From contig JALOAL010000001.1 in NCBI GenBank assembly GCA_023228825.1, forward strand, positions 43,381 through 107,380: DNA of 64,000 bases, in the 5' to 3' direction. This document shows positions 37,341 to 46,980 of this stretch, piece by piece. The position numbers and the translations under genes are program-made. The notes beneath the pieces are model-generated. The model saw only the letters and a list, made by a program, of their open reading frames with translations, had not been told where the DNA came from and did no database searches. How positions within the stretch are numbered: position 1 is the first letter of the stretch; each line of letters starts with the position of its first letter. This DNA comes from Dehalococcoidia bacterium. GTDB taxonomy: Bacteria > Chloroflexota > Dehalococcoidia > UBA2979.

Positions 37341-37835
37341 ATGAGACAAACCGAGACCTATACCGAACAGATCGCCGCCACACGCGCCTTCAGATGGCTC
37401 GTCTGGGGCGTGGTAGCCGTCTCCGTGGGCATCGGCGCGGTGGTGATGGTGATCGAGGGCGACCGCTGGGCCTCCGCGCTCAGCATCGCCTTCGCCGTGG
37501 CGCTGCTGCTGGTGCTGGACCGCTGGTTCATGACCCTGCACGTCCGGGTGGACTCGGACGGCGTGGTGGCGCGCTTCGGGCCGTTCTCCAAGCGCCTGCG
37601 GCCCTCGGACATCGCGGACGTGGTGGGCGAGCCGTACCGGTGGATGTTGTACGGCGGCTGGGGGATACGCTGGGGCTTCGGCCGCCGGCGTGCGTGGACC
37701 GTCCCGTTCCTGAACCAGGGCGTGGCGGTCGCGCTACAGGACGGCTCGCGATACTTCATTTCCAGTCGGCAGCCGGAGCGCCTGCGCTCCGCCATCGTCC
37801 AGACGATCGAGGCACGCGGGGGGACTCGTGGGTAG
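37341..37835 (+). CDS. Hypothetical membrane protein (two TM helices plus a small soluble domain)
   Basis: ORF with an ATG start. Hydrophobic segments WLVWGVVAVSVGIGAVVMVI and LSIAFAVALLLVL. Confidence 0.4.
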   Translation: MRQTETYTEQIAATRAFRWLVWGVVAVSVGIGAVVMVIEGDRWASALSIAFAVALLLVLDRWFMTLHVRVDSDGVVARFGPFSKRLRPSDIADVVGEPYRWMLYGGWGIRWGFGRRRAWTVPFLNQGVAVALQDGSRYFISSRQPERLRSAIVQTIEARGGTRG

Positions 37836-37911
37836 AAGCAACCGAAGGCGGCGCCGCCGGCAGCAGGGCGAACTGCACGAGCCGATCGGCCAGGTCGAGT
37901 TTCCCGGCGTG

Positions 37912-38601
37912 ATGGGGTGGATGCAGCGGAACGGGAAGGTCCTGTTCCTGCTCGGCATCGTCTTCATGATCCTGAGCGTGGGCGCGGGCGCGTTCGCCAG
38001 CGGCCTCTCGTCACCGACCGAGGTGGCCCAGACCCCCACGCCGACCGCCAGCCCCACCGTCACGGATCCGGACGCCACGCCCACCGAGCCGCCCATCGAG
38101 CGTCGTTACTCGGCGGCGCCGGAGATGGCGCTGGAGGAGGGCGTGGACTACCGCGCAGTCATCCGCCTCGAGTCCGGCGAGGTCACGATCGACCTGCTGG
38201 AGGACGAGGCGCCGGGCTTCGTCAACAACTTCGTCTTCCTGGCGCAGAACCACTTCTATGACGGCCTGACGTTCCACCGCGTGATCCCCGGCTTCGTCGC
38301 GCAGGCGGGGGATCCGCTGGGCAGCGGCACAGGAGGTCCCGGCTACAACCTGCAGGACGAGGCGAACGCGCTCACCTTCGAGCGCGGCGTGCTCTCCATG
38401 GCCAGGTCCAGCCAGGGCGTGAGCGGATCGCAGTTCTTCATCACCCTGGGCCCCGCGCCGCACCTGAACGCGGACTTCACCGTGTTCGGCCGCGTGGAGG
38501 ACGGCATGGACCTGCTGGAAGCGCTGACGCCGCGAAACCCGGACCGGCCCGCCCAGCCCACGGGCGACACCATCCTGAGCATCGAAATCCTGGAGGAGTA
38601 G
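37912..38601 (+). CDS. Membrane-anchored/secreted cyclophilin-type peptidyl-prolyl cis-trans isomerase
   Basis: N-terminal TM helix and Thr/Pro linker, then cyclophilin motifs FHRVIPGFVAQAGDP...GSQFFITL. Confidence 0.85.
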   Translation: MGWMQRNGKVLFLLGIVFMILSVGAGAFASGLSSPTEVAQTPTPTASPTVTDPDATPTEPPIERRYSAAPEMALEEGVDYRAVIRLESGEVTIDLLEDEAPGFVNNFVFLAQNHFYDGLTFHRVIPGFVAQAGDPLGSGTGGPGYNLQDEANALTFERGVLSMARSSQGVSGSQFFITLGPAPHLNADFTVFGRVEDGMDLLEALTPRNPDRPAQPTGDTILSIEILEE

Positions 38602-38605
38602 CCAC

Positions 38606-39109
38606 ATGGCCAAGCAGTACGAAGCCGCACCGGCGATGACGATCGACCCGGGCAAGTCCTACACGGCGGTCATCAAGACCGAGCATGGCGAGATCCGCGC
38701 GCGTCTGCTGACAGACGTGGCCCCCAACACCGTGAACAACTTCGTCTTCCTTGCCCGCGAGGGGTTCTATGACGGCACCACCTTCCACCGGGTGATCCCG
38801 GGCTTCGTGGCGCAGGGAGGCGACCCCACGGGCAGCGGCACCGGTGGCCCCGGCTACCGCTTCCCGGACGAACTCTCTGACACCCCCTTTGTCACGGGCG
38901 TGCTGGGGATGGCCAACGCCGGCCCGAACACCAACGGCTCGCAGTTCTACCTCATGCTGGGCGACGCCCCCCACCTCACCGGCCGCTACACCGCCTTCGG
39001 GCAGGTGGAGGAGGGCCTGGACGTCCTGCAGGCCATCCGCACCCGCGACCCGGAGTCTGACCCGAACCCGGGCGACCAGATGCTCTCCGTCACCATCGTC
39101 GAGGAGTAA
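38606..39109 (+). CDS. Cytoplasmic cyclophilin-type peptidyl-prolyl cis-trans isomerase
   Basis: FHRVIPGFVAQGGDPTGSGTGGPGY...GSQFYLML. It is a tandem paralogue of the preceding gene. Confidence 0.85.
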   Translation: MAKQYEAAPAMTIDPGKSYTAVIKTEHGEIRARLLTDVAPNTVNNFVFLAREGFYDGTTFHRVIPGFVAQGGDPTGSGTGGPGYRFPDELSDTPFVTGVLGMANAGPNTNGSQFYLMLGDAPHLTGRYTAFGQVEEGLDVLQAIRTRDPESDPNPGDQMLSVTIVEE

Positions 39110-39248
39110 CGCGGGCCTCGCGGCGTAGCGAAGACCTCGAGGCGTAGCGCGCCTCGAGGTCGCCGCCGGTCCCCACCGCCTTCGTCAGACGTCCCACCGT
39201 ACGGAGCCAGCCCCCAGATGCCGATAGTCCCGGCGAAGGGGGAGGCGT

Positions 39249-39974
39249 ATGCCCGGCGGTGGCCGACACGCATGGCCTGAATTGGACGCGCCCGTACTGC
39301 TCGCTGGCGACGCCGAGGCAGACCTGGGCGCGCTGGCGGAGGTGCTCGCCCGCAGAGACCAGTGGGGCACGCCTCACAGCATCGCCAGCGGCATCCCGGC
39401 CGCCTGCGCGGCGCTGCGCCTCTCCGAGTTCGCCGTGGTGGTCGCGGACGTGGGCACCACGGACGAAGCGCTGACCATCCTGCGCGCCGCAGGCCGAGGG
39501 CGCCCGGCGGCGCGGGTGATCTGTCTCCTCCCGCCGCACTACCAGATCGCCCCCGGCCTGGAGGCGTACATACAGGGTGCGGCGTTCGCCGTGCTCCGCC
39601 ACCCGTTGCCCGGTGTGGACGTGCGCGCCCTTGTCCAGATGGCAGGCCAGGACTACGCGCGCGAGCGCGCGGGGGTGCGTTCGGCACACCCACACGGCCC
39701 GCACAGCACAAGCACCCACGGCACACGCACCGACGGCGCAGGCACGGACGGGGACCGCTGGCGGCATGCGCAGGACCACCTGGCCGCGGCGCTGCGCCTC
39801 ATGGTGGAGGAGTCGACCGGCCAGCCCTCGGCTCCCGAGACCGAGGTCGTGATCATGCGGGCCGTGGCGGCGGCCTCGCGTGCGGCGCGCACGGGGGACG
39901 ACGGTCCGGGGCTGCTGGAGGCGGTGGCGCGGGCGCTCCTGCCCCCGCAGGCGCGGGGCCGAGATGCCGCGTAG
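39249..39974 (+). CDS. Hypothetical protein with a degenerate receiver (pseudo-REC)-like N-terminal domain
   Basis: VLLAGDAEAD...FAVVVADVGTTDEAL...VICLLP resembles a REC fold, but the acidic pocket and conserved Lys are not canonical. Confidence 0.3.
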   Translation: MPGGGRHAWPELDAPVLLAGDAEADLGALAEVLARRDQWGTPHSIASGIPAACAALRLSEFAVVVADVGTTDEALTILRAAGRGRPAARVICLLPPHYQIAPGLEAYIQGAAFAVLRHPLPGVDVRALVQMAGQDYARERAGVRSAHPHGPHSTSTHGTRTDGAGTDGDRWRHAQDHLAAALRLMVEESTGQPSAPETEVVIMRAVAAASRAARTGDDGPGLLEAVARALLPPQARGRDAA

Positions 39975-40010
39975 GTCAGGGAGGGGCGGACGGTTGGGCG
40001 GCGGACGCGG

Positions 40011-40223
40011 TCAGCGCGCTGCGGCGGCTGCGCGGTCCTTGCTCGCCTTGCGCTCCACCAGCGCCATGATCCCGAACGAGGGGATGAAGAAGGCGAACGC
40101 GATCAACGACGGAACCCACCACGCCCCGATCAGCATCAGCAGACCCAGGGCGAGTGAGAACGACATGCCCAGGATCGATCCGATCCGGGCGACGAGGACG
40201 TAGGCGGGAATTCCTTCTGGCAT
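40011..40223 (-). CDS. Small hydrophobic membrane protein (about 70 aa)
   Basis: Two hydrophobic helices (YVLVARIGSILGMSFSLALGLLMLIGAWWVPSLIAFAFFIPSFGIMALV). Divergent from the GAF-GGDEF gene. Confidence 0.3.
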   Translation of the reverse strand: MPEGIPAYVLVARIGSILGMSFSLALGLLMLIGAWWVPSLIAFAFFIPSFGIMALVERKASKDRAAAAAR

Positions 40224-43200
40224 GGCTCTAGGACGAATCGTAGCAACGGCCGGGGGTGGGGACAACGCGCAGGCGTCGTCCTCCGTCACCACGTCCCCGC
40301 TGGGCGACATCCGGGCGCTCTGGCGCGCCCACCGCGTGGTCAGCGCGCTCATGCTGACGGTGCCGTTCCTGACGTGGGCCACCACGGGGCAGGTGCTCCC
40401 CGCGCTCTTCGTCCCCGGCGTCCTGTTCATGATCCTCACGCAGGCGGAGGCGGTGCTGGTGCCGCGCCTGTCCGAGGGCTCCCGTGTGTGGGTCGTGGTC
40501 GCCTTCCGCGTGGTCTACATGGCGCTGGTGGTGGTGGGGGTGCCCGCCATGGCCCCGTGGCCCTGGCTGACGCCGTCCCTGCTAGGCCTCATGGTGCTCA
40601 ACTCCGCGCTGATCCTGCCGGGGAGGGCGCTGGCGGTGCTGACCACAGGCGCCTCGCTGGCCAACGTGCTCGCGGCGGCCCTGCCTCGCTGGGGCGGCAT
40701 CCGCCTGGCAGAGGGCCTCACCGAGCGCATGGCGGAGCCGCTGGAGGTGCTGGTCTTCTCCGCCGTGGTCTTCCCGGCCTGCGCGCTGTTCCTCCACGTC
40801 CGCGGCCGCCGCACGCGCGAGATCCGAGGCCGCCTCGAACGGACCATCGGCGACCTCCGCGCGGTGCGCGACGATCTGGAGGCCTCGCAGGAACAGTTGC
40901 GGCGCTGGAACCGCCAGTTGAACGCGGAGGTGGACCTCCAGACCAACGCGCTGGAGGAACGTAACCGCTACCTCTCCATCATCAACGCGGTCTCCTTCGC
41001 GCTGGCCGAGCCCATGGACGACTCGCGTGCGCTGGAGCGGGCCGTGCGCCTGGTGGCCCGCCTGCTGGGCGTCCGCGCGGCGCAGGCCTACACCCGTGAA
41101 CGCGCGGGCGAGGTGGTGGATCTCTTTGTGACCGTGGCGCCAGAGGACCTGCACGCACCGCGCCTGCCGGAGGCGCTGCTGCGTTCTGTTGCGCGCACCG
41201 GCCGCCCGCTCACCTCCACGCACCCGGACTGGGAGCCGGACGTGGAACTGCCGGACCTGGGCGAGCCCTACCACGTGGTGCCGCTGGTCGCGAAGGGCCG
41301 CGTGCTCGGCTCGTTCGCGCTCATCGGCGACGGAACGCTCACCAGCGACGACGACGGCCGTCACTTGCTGCTGCTCGTGGGGCGAGAGATGGGCGTGGCG
41401 CTGGAGAACGCCCGGCTCTACCAGGAGGCGGTCGAGAAGGCCGCGCGCGAGGAGTTCCTGGCGGAGGTCACGCGCCTCCTCAACGGCGGCGCCCGCGGCG
41501 AGCGCGCGCTGCCCGGCGTGCTGGAGGCGCTCATCGGTCAGACCGGCGCGCGGGAGGCGCTACTGGTGTCGCTGCCCGAGGGCTCACGCGACTTCGTGAT
41601 CGCGGGCACCGCCGCCGTGGACGACGCGCCCTCCTGGCTCGAACCGGTCGCGCGCTCGCTGACCAGCCTGGTGAACGACCGCTCGGCGCCGCTGGTGCTG
41701 GGCGCGGGTGGCGAGAGCCCGCTCTCCGGCGCGCTCGTGACCCGCGGCGTCACCTCGGTTGTGGTGGCGCCCATCTTCGCCACGCGCAGTGGGGTGATGC
41801 CCACCCTGCGTCGAGGCGGCGCGGACGACGGCTCCGGCGACCTGCGTCCGGGCGTCTCGCTGGCGGGCGCGCTCCTCGTGGCCTCCGGGTCGCCCGAGCC
41901 GTGGGGGGAGGATCAGACGTCGCTGCTGCACCGCGTGGCGGAGGTGATCGCGCGGCGCGTGCAGGCGGACGAACTGGTGGCCGTGCAGCAGCAGCGTATC
42001 CGTGAACTGACCGGCCTGGCGGAGGTGGCGCGCACCATGCAGTCCGGCGCGGACGTGGAGCGCCTCTACAACGGCTTCGCCACCGCCCTCCATCACCTGC
42101 TCCCCTACGAGCACCTCTACATCGCCCGCCTGGACGAGGCCGGCCTGCTCACCGGCGTGCCGGCCTTCGGGCTGCGCGGACGGCCAGACACGCCCGGGCC
42201 CTCGCTTCCCGCAGACGGCGCCCATCCGTGGTTCGCCTCCCGCGAGCCCATCCTCTGGCGACGCGGCGAGGGCCACGCGCCCGCCTTTGTGCCGGAGGAC
42301 GCGCGGAACGCCGTGGTGGTGCCCATGCGGCCCAAGGGCCAGATGCTGGGCGTGGCCGTGGTGGTGGTCCCGCGTCCGCTCCGGAGCGACCAGGTGCACA
42401 TTGTGGAGCAGGCGGTGGAGCAGTTGTCGCTCGCCCTGGACGGAGCCTCGCTCTACCAGCAGGCCACGGCGCGCGCCTCGCACATCCAGGCGCTGAGCAA
42501 CTTGGCGCGCATCGTGGCGTCCGTGGTCAATTTGCGCGAGGCGTTCGCCGCGTTCTCGGAGGAGGTGCGCTGGCTGATCCCCTTCGACCGGGCGGTGATG
42601 TTCTTGCTGGACGAGAGCGGCGAGGCCGTGGAGCCCTACGCCACCTACCCGGAGGACGTGCAGCCAGAGGGCCCCACGCCCACCGCTGGCTCCGTGGCCA
42701 GCGTGCCCATTGCCCTGGGCTCTGCGGTGACGGTGCGCCGCGACGACCCTCGCCACGCCGGGCTCGACTGGTCCCTGCTGGGCGACGACGCACGCGAGGT
42801 GGCCGCGGTGCCCGTGCGCCAGGGCGAGCGCACCTCTGCGGTGTTCGCGCTGGTGAACAACAACGTGGGCGAGTACGACATGAGCGAGTTGGACGCGCTG
42901 GAGGAGGTGGCCGGACTGCTCGCGGTCACCATCGAACGGCTGCGCCTGTACGAGCACGCGGACCACAGCGCGAAGCACGACCTGCTGACCGGCCTGCCGA
43001 ACTACCGCTACCTGCAGGAGCGCCTGCACGACCTGCGGCTGGGCATCACGGACGTGGGGCGCAGCGCGGCCATGGTGATCGACATGGACAACCTCAAGAC
43101 CTTCAACGACCTCCTGGGCCACGAGTCCGGCGACCGCGTGATCGAGATTGTGGCGCGAGAGTTGCGCGCGGCCTGCCGCCAGCAGGACTTCGTCGCGCGC

Positions 43201-43977
43201 ACCGGGGGTGACGAGTTCGTGATCGTGATGGAGGGCGCCGGTACGGAGGCGGCCTCCGCCGTGGCGGACCGCATCCACGAGGCCTTGCACGAGGCCCACC
43301 TGGAGATCCCGGACGCCCCGGTGCGTATCGGCGTGTCGATCGGCGTGGCGGAAGCCCCGGCGGACGCGGAGACCACGGGCGAACTGCTGCAGGCCGCAGA
43401 CCAGGCGATGTACGACGCCAAGGTGGGCGGCGGCCAGCGCACGCGCACGGCGCGGGCCCACCACGGCGGCTCGGACTCCCTGCGCTCGCTCCGAGGCCGC
43501 GAGGTGCGCCTGGCAGAGACGCTCTTCCACGCCCTGACCTCCGGCGCCACCGTGGAGGAGATGTCCGCCATCAGCACCGCCGCCCGCTGGCTGGGCGCGG
43601 TCATCCTGCGCGCGGGCACGCCGCCGGAGGTGTTGCCACAACTGCGCCTGCTGGTCGCCTCCCGCGCCTCGAGACGCCTAGCCGCGCCGTCTACCAACCA
43701 GGACCAGTCGCTGGCGCACTACCTGGTGGGACGGATCTACCGAGACTGGAAGAGCATCAACCTCGAAGCGTCGGAGACCGTGACGCTCCTCATCCCCGCC
43801 ATGCTGGACATCGCCTGGATGATGCTGCCGCGCCCGGCGGGGGAGGGCCTGACCGTGGAGCGCGCTCTCGCGCGCTACCTGGACATGTACCCCCACGCCG
43901 CCATGCACAAGGACTGGCCCACCATCGACGAGATCGTGCGCAGCAACATCGACCGCCGCGCACAGGACGCAGCCTGA
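40222..43977 (+). CDS. Large signalling protein: N-terminal membrane region, multiple GAF-like domains, a GGDEF diguanylate cyclase domain and a C-terminal extension of about 170 aa with unknown function
   Basis: GGDEF domain features: LLTGLPNYRYL, a DMDNLKTFND active-site region, and ARTGGDEFVIVM. The repeated segments upstream are GAF-like. Start is uncertain; the first 150 aa are hydrophobic. Confidence 0.75.
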   Translation: MALGRIVATAGGGDNAQASSSVTTSPLGDIRALWRAHRVVSALMLTVPFLTWATTGQVLPALFVPGVLFMILTQAEAVLVPRLSEGSRVWVVVAFRVVYMALVVVGVPAMAPWPWLTPSLLGLMVLNSALILPGRALAVLTTGASLANVLAAALPRWGGIRLAEGLTERMAEPLEVLVFSAVVFPACALFLHVRGRRTREIRGRLERTIGDLRAVRDDLEASQEQLRRWNRQLNAEVDLQTNALEERNRYLSIINAVSFALAEPMDDSRALERAVRLVARLLGVRAAQAYTRERAGEVVDLFVTVAPEDLHAPRLPEALLRSVARTGRPLTSTHPDWEPDVELPDLGEPYHVVPLVAKGRVLGSFALIGDGTLTSDDDGRHLLLLVGREMGVALENARLYQEAVEKAAREEFLAEVTRLLNGGARGERALPGVLEALIGQTGAREALLVSLPEGSRDFVIAGTAAVDDAPSWLEPVARSLTSLVNDRSAPLVLGAGGESPLSGALVTRGVTSVVVAPIFATRSGVMPTLRRGGADDGSGDLRPGVSLAGALLVASGSPEPWGEDQTSLLHRVAEVIARRVQADELVAVQQQRIRELTGLAEVARTMQSGADVERLYNGFATALHHLLPYEHLYIARLDEAGLLTGVPAFGLRGRPDTPGPSLPADGAHPWFASREPILWRRGEGHAPAFVPEDARNAVVVPMRPKGQMLGVAVVVVPRPLRSDQVHIVEQAVEQLSLALDGASLYQQATARASHIQALSNLARIVASVVNLREAFAAFSEEVRWLIPFDRAVMFLLDESGEAVEPYATYPEDVQPEGPTPTAGSVASVPIALGSAVTVRRDDPRHAGLDWSLLGDDAREVAAVPVRQGERTSAVFALVNNNVGEYDMSELDALEEVAGLLAVTIERLRLYEHADHSAKHDLLTGLPNYRYLQERLHDLRLGITDVGRSAAMVIDMDNLKTFNDLLGHESGDRVIEIVARELRAACRQQDFVARTGGDEFVIVMEGAGTEAASAVADRIHEALHEAHLEIPDAPVRIGVSIGVAEAPADAETTGELLQAADQAMYDAKVGGGQRTRTARAHHGGSDSLRSLRGREVRLAETLFHALTSGATVEEMSAISTAARWLGAVILRAGTPPEVLPQLRLLVASRASRRLAAPSTNQDQSLAHYLVGRIYRDWKSINLEASETVTLLIPAMLDIAWMMLPRPAGEGLTVERALARYLDMYPHAAMHKDWPTIDEIVRSNIDRRAQDAA

Positions 43978-44000
43978 GGGACACGAGAGGTCAGGAAAAG

Positions 44001-44077
44001 TGGTCGGGGCGCGCGGATTTGAACCGCGGGCCTCTGCGTCCCAAACGCAGCGCTCTGCCAGGCTGAGCTACGCCCCG
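44001..44077 (-). tRNA. tRNA-Pro (anticodon TGG), includes encoded CCA
   Basis: Reverse complement reads CGGGGCGTAGCTCAGCCTGGCAGAGCGCTGCGTTTGGGACGCAGAGGCCCGCGGTTCAAATCCGCGCGCCCCGACCA, with anticodon loop TTTGGGA. Confidence 0.8.
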
Positions 44078-44169
44078 ATGCCGGCCGCTCCGAGGGCTGG
44101 CCGCTTCCTATCTTCGCCGACAGCGGCGTGTCAGTCACGCCCCGCCAGTCTGCGCTCCCGCAGCGAGCG

Positions 44170-45099
44170 CTAGTCCCGGCGCCTCGCCACGCCTCGGATC
44201 TCGTCCACGCAGGTGACGCCCTCGGCGGCGCACCACGCCTCGAACTCCGCCAGGATGGACCACGGCGCGGCGGGGTCGAGGAAGGTGGCGGTTCCGACCT
44301 GCACCGCCGTGGCGCCCGCCATCACGAACTCCACCACGTCCAGCCCCGTCATCGCCCCGCCCGAGGCCACCACGGGAATGTCCACCACGGACGAGGCCAG
44401 GTAGACGTTCCTCATCGCGATCGGCTTGACCGCCGGCCCGGAGAGGCCTCCGGAGCCCGTGGAGAGCACCGGCCGCCGCGTGCGCACGTCGATCGCCATG
44501 GCGGGGATGGTGTTGGTCACGGTGAGCGCCTGGGCGCCCGCCGCCTCCACCGCCATGGCAATGGGGCGGATGTCCGAGACGCTGGGCGTCAGTTTCACCA
44601 GCATCGGCAGCGTGGAGTGGGCGGCCACCTCGCGCACCACGGCGGCGGCCTGTTCGGGCACCTGGCCGAACTCCAGCCCGCCAGCCTCCACGTTCGGGCA
44701 CGACACGTTGACCTCAAGGCCGGCCACGCCCGGGACGCCCTCCAGGCGGGCGGCCAGGGTGCCGTACTCGTCCAGGGTCTCGCCCATGATGTTGACGATG
44801 GCCGGGACATCCCAGCGCTCCCAGACCGGCGCGATAGTCTTGATCAGCGCGCTCACGCCAATGTTCTGGAAGCCAATGGAGTTGAGCATCCCCGCCGCCG
44901 TCTCCGCCGTCCGAGGCGTTGCGTTGCCTCGACGCGGGCGGAGCGTGGTGCCCTTGGAGACGATGGCGCCCAGCGCGTCCACGTCGTGATACTTCGCCAG
45001 TTCCAGGCCGTTGGAGAAGGTCCCGGACGCGGTCATGATCGGATTGCGCAGGCGCAGTTCCGTCTTGTGATGCGGGGCAAGGTTGACGGTCAGGTCCAT
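44170..45099 (-). CDS. pyrD: Dihydroorotate dehydrogenase, class 1B catalytic subunit
   Basis: TIM-barrel DHOD motifs (NPIMTASGTF, NSIGFQNIG, NVSCPN with the catalytic Cys, GSGGLSGPAVKPIA). Confidence 0.85.
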   Translation of the reverse strand: MDLTVNLAPHHKTELRLRNPIMTASGTFSNGLELAKYHDVDALGAIVSKGTTLRPRRGNATPRTAETAAGMLNSIGFQNIGVSALIKTIAPVWERWDVPAIVNIMGETLDEYGTLAARLEGVPGVAGLEVNVSCPNVEAGGLEFGQVPEQAAAVVREVAAHSTLPMLVKLTPSVSDIRPIAMAVEAAGAQALTVTNTIPAMAIDVRTRRPVLSTGSGGLSGPAVKPIAMRNVYLASSVVDIPVVASGGAMTGLDVVEFVMAGATAVQVGTATFLDPAAPWSILAEFEAWCAAEGVTCVDEIRGVARRRD

Positions 45100-45252
45100 G
45101 GGGCTCCCGGGATCGCCTCCATCATACGGTGCGCGTGCGGAACGGGAGACGTGCAGAAGGGCGGCTCCCGCAGGAACCGCCCTTCGAATATCTCGGACGT
45201 TCCGAGGCCGTCCTCCGCACTCCGGGAGCGGGCACTCCGGGAGGACGAGGTG

Positions 45253-45516
45253 TTACGCCTCGTCCGCCAGGGAGTACTCCTCCGTCTTGGACGAGCGGTA
45301 GGAGCGGTTCAGGTCGTTGCGGAGCGTGTTGGTCTGCTCCCACATCACCTGCTCGGTCGAGTTGGAAAACGACTTGTGGGCGCCGCAGCGCTTGCACACG
45401 CCGCCGCTCTCCCGGCCATTCGGCGTCTCGATGATCCAGTGATGCACGCAGTTACGCGGCGACACCGGCTTGATTTCACGGTCCTCGGTCTTCGACTGAG
45501 TCGTGGCCTGGCTCAT
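45253..45516 (-). CDS. Small hypothetical protein with a Cys/His zinc-ribbon-like motif
   Basis: The NCVHHW ... CKRCG spacing suggests a zinc ribbon. Start chosen at MSQATTQSK; the upstream part of the ORF is probably not translated. Confidence 0.3.
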   Translation of the reverse strand: MSQATTQSKTEDREIKPVSPRNCVHHWIIETPNGRESGGVCKRCGAHKSFSNSTEQVMWEQTNTLRNDLNRSYRSSKTEEYSLADEA

Positions 45517-45966
45517 GATGCTTTCTCTGTCCTCCGAAGCGGTGACGACACCCCGAGTGTGCAGCCTGTCGTCGCCTCTGCGGGCTACCCGACCTTCCCT
45601 GGGCCGGCCCGGGGACTGCACGTCCCCCTGGGAGATGCATGATCCCGCCCGTTCCCAAGGAGGGTCAATGTTGTTGTGTTAAATAAGTGCCCAACTTCGC
45701 TAATGTGTGCTATCGGGTCTGTTGCAGGCCTGGGTTCCGGGGCCAAAGCCCGGCCTGCTGCCACGTTTCGCCCTTGAGAGTCCGCTTCCGTATACTTGTT
45801 TGAAGCACACTGTGGCGCGCTGGACGCGGGCCCCGAAGCCCCATCAGGCATCCGTTGTCACATTGATAACGCTCCTGGCCCGCTGATGGTTCCCGCGTCC
45901 CTCCCGACCCCCGGGAACGCGCTTGTTTACGTAAGGATCGTCATCTTGCTCGACCAAGACGCGGTG

Positions 45967-46980
45967 ATGACCGCGCTCAAGACGGTGCAGGACCCGGAAC
46001 TGCATCGGGACATCGTTTCTCTCAACATGGTGCGGGACCTCAAGGTCGAGGGTGGCCGCGTGGCCTTCTCCCTGGTTCTCACCACCCCCGCGTGCCCCCT
46101 GCGCGAGACCATCGACCATGACGTGCGCGAAGCCCTGGAGGGCATCGGCGGCGTCGAGGAGATCGACATCGACTGGGGCGCCGAGGTGCGCTCCACGTTC
46201 CGGGAGGGCGGCCCCACGCCGATCCCGGGCGTCCGCAACGTGATCGCGGTCGCGTCCAACAAGGGCGGTGTGGGCAAGTCCACCGTGGCCGTGAACCTGG
46301 CCGTGGCGCTGGGCCGCCTGGGCGCGCGCGTGGGCCTGCTGGACGCGGACATCACCGGCCCCAACATCCCCACCATGCTCGGCATCCAGGGCGGCCTGCA
46401 GGCCAGCGGCCAGCAGGGCCTGAGCCCCGTGGAGGCGCACGGCATCAAGGCCGTCTCGCTCGGCTTCGTCGTCCCGCCCGGCACCCCCGTGGTCTGGCGA
46501 GGGCCCATGATCGGCTCCGGTGTCCGCCAGTTGATGCACGACGTGGACTGGGGCGACCTGGACTACCTCATCATCGACCTGCCGCCCGGCACCTCGGACG
46601 CCTCCATGAGCATGGCGGCGGAGGCCCTGATCGCCGGCACGGTGATCGTGTCTACGCCGTCCAAGGTCTCCATCGAGGATGCACGCAAGGCCGTCGGCAT
46701 GTTCGACCGGCTGGGCGTGCCCATCTTCGGCGTGGTGGAGAACATGAGCAGCGACGTCTTCGGACGTGGCGGCGCTCGTGAGGCCGCCGACGAACTGGGC
46801 GTGGAGTTCCTGGGCGAGATCCCACTGGACGTCACCGTCCGCGAGGGCGGCGACGTGGGCGTGCCGGTGGTGGTGGGGCACCCGGAGTCGCCCCAGACCG
46901 CCGCATTCATCGAGTTGGCCGAGCAAGTGGCCGCGCGCTGCTCCGTCCTGCAGTTTGCCGGAGAGGCAGGCACCCGTTGA
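45967..46980 (+). CDS. apbC: Mrp/NBP35/ApbC-family iron-sulfur cluster carrier ATPase with an N-terminal DUF59 domain
   Basis: DUF59 (LKTVQDPELHRDIVSLNMV), a deviant Walker A (SNKGGVGKST) and a CPxC-like C-terminal region. Confidence 0.85.
   Translation: MTALKTVQDPELHRDIVSLNMVRDLKVEGGRVAFSLVLTTPACPLRETIDHDVREALEGIGGVEEIDIDWGAEVRSTFREGGPTPIPGVRNVIAVASNKGGVGKSTVAVNLAVALGRLGARVGLLDADITGPNIPTMLGIQGGLQASGQQGLSPVEAHGIKAVSLGFVVPPGTPVVWRGPMIGSGVRQLMHDVDWGDLDYLIIDLPPGTSDASMSMAAEALIAGTVIVSTPSKVSIEDARKAVGMFDRLGVPIFGVVENMSSDVFGRGGAREAADELGVEFLGEIPLDVTVREGGDVGVPVVVGHPESPQTAAFIELAEQVAARCSVLQFAGEAGTR

Noticed and set aside
36920-37912. 330-aa plus-strand ORF spanning the tRNA-Arg gene
   Set aside because: It runs straight through a well-formed tRNA cloverleaf and an intergenic promoter region, so it is not plausible as a coding sequence.
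41584-43641. 685-aa minus-strand ORF inside the GAF-GGDEF gene
   Set aside because: Antisense to a gene with a clear GGDEF domain. No motifs.
45100-45252. Searched upstream of pyrD for a second PyrR box
   Set aside because: No UCCAGAGAGGCU-like sequence is present on the pyrD-sense strand. pyrD may be controlled separately.
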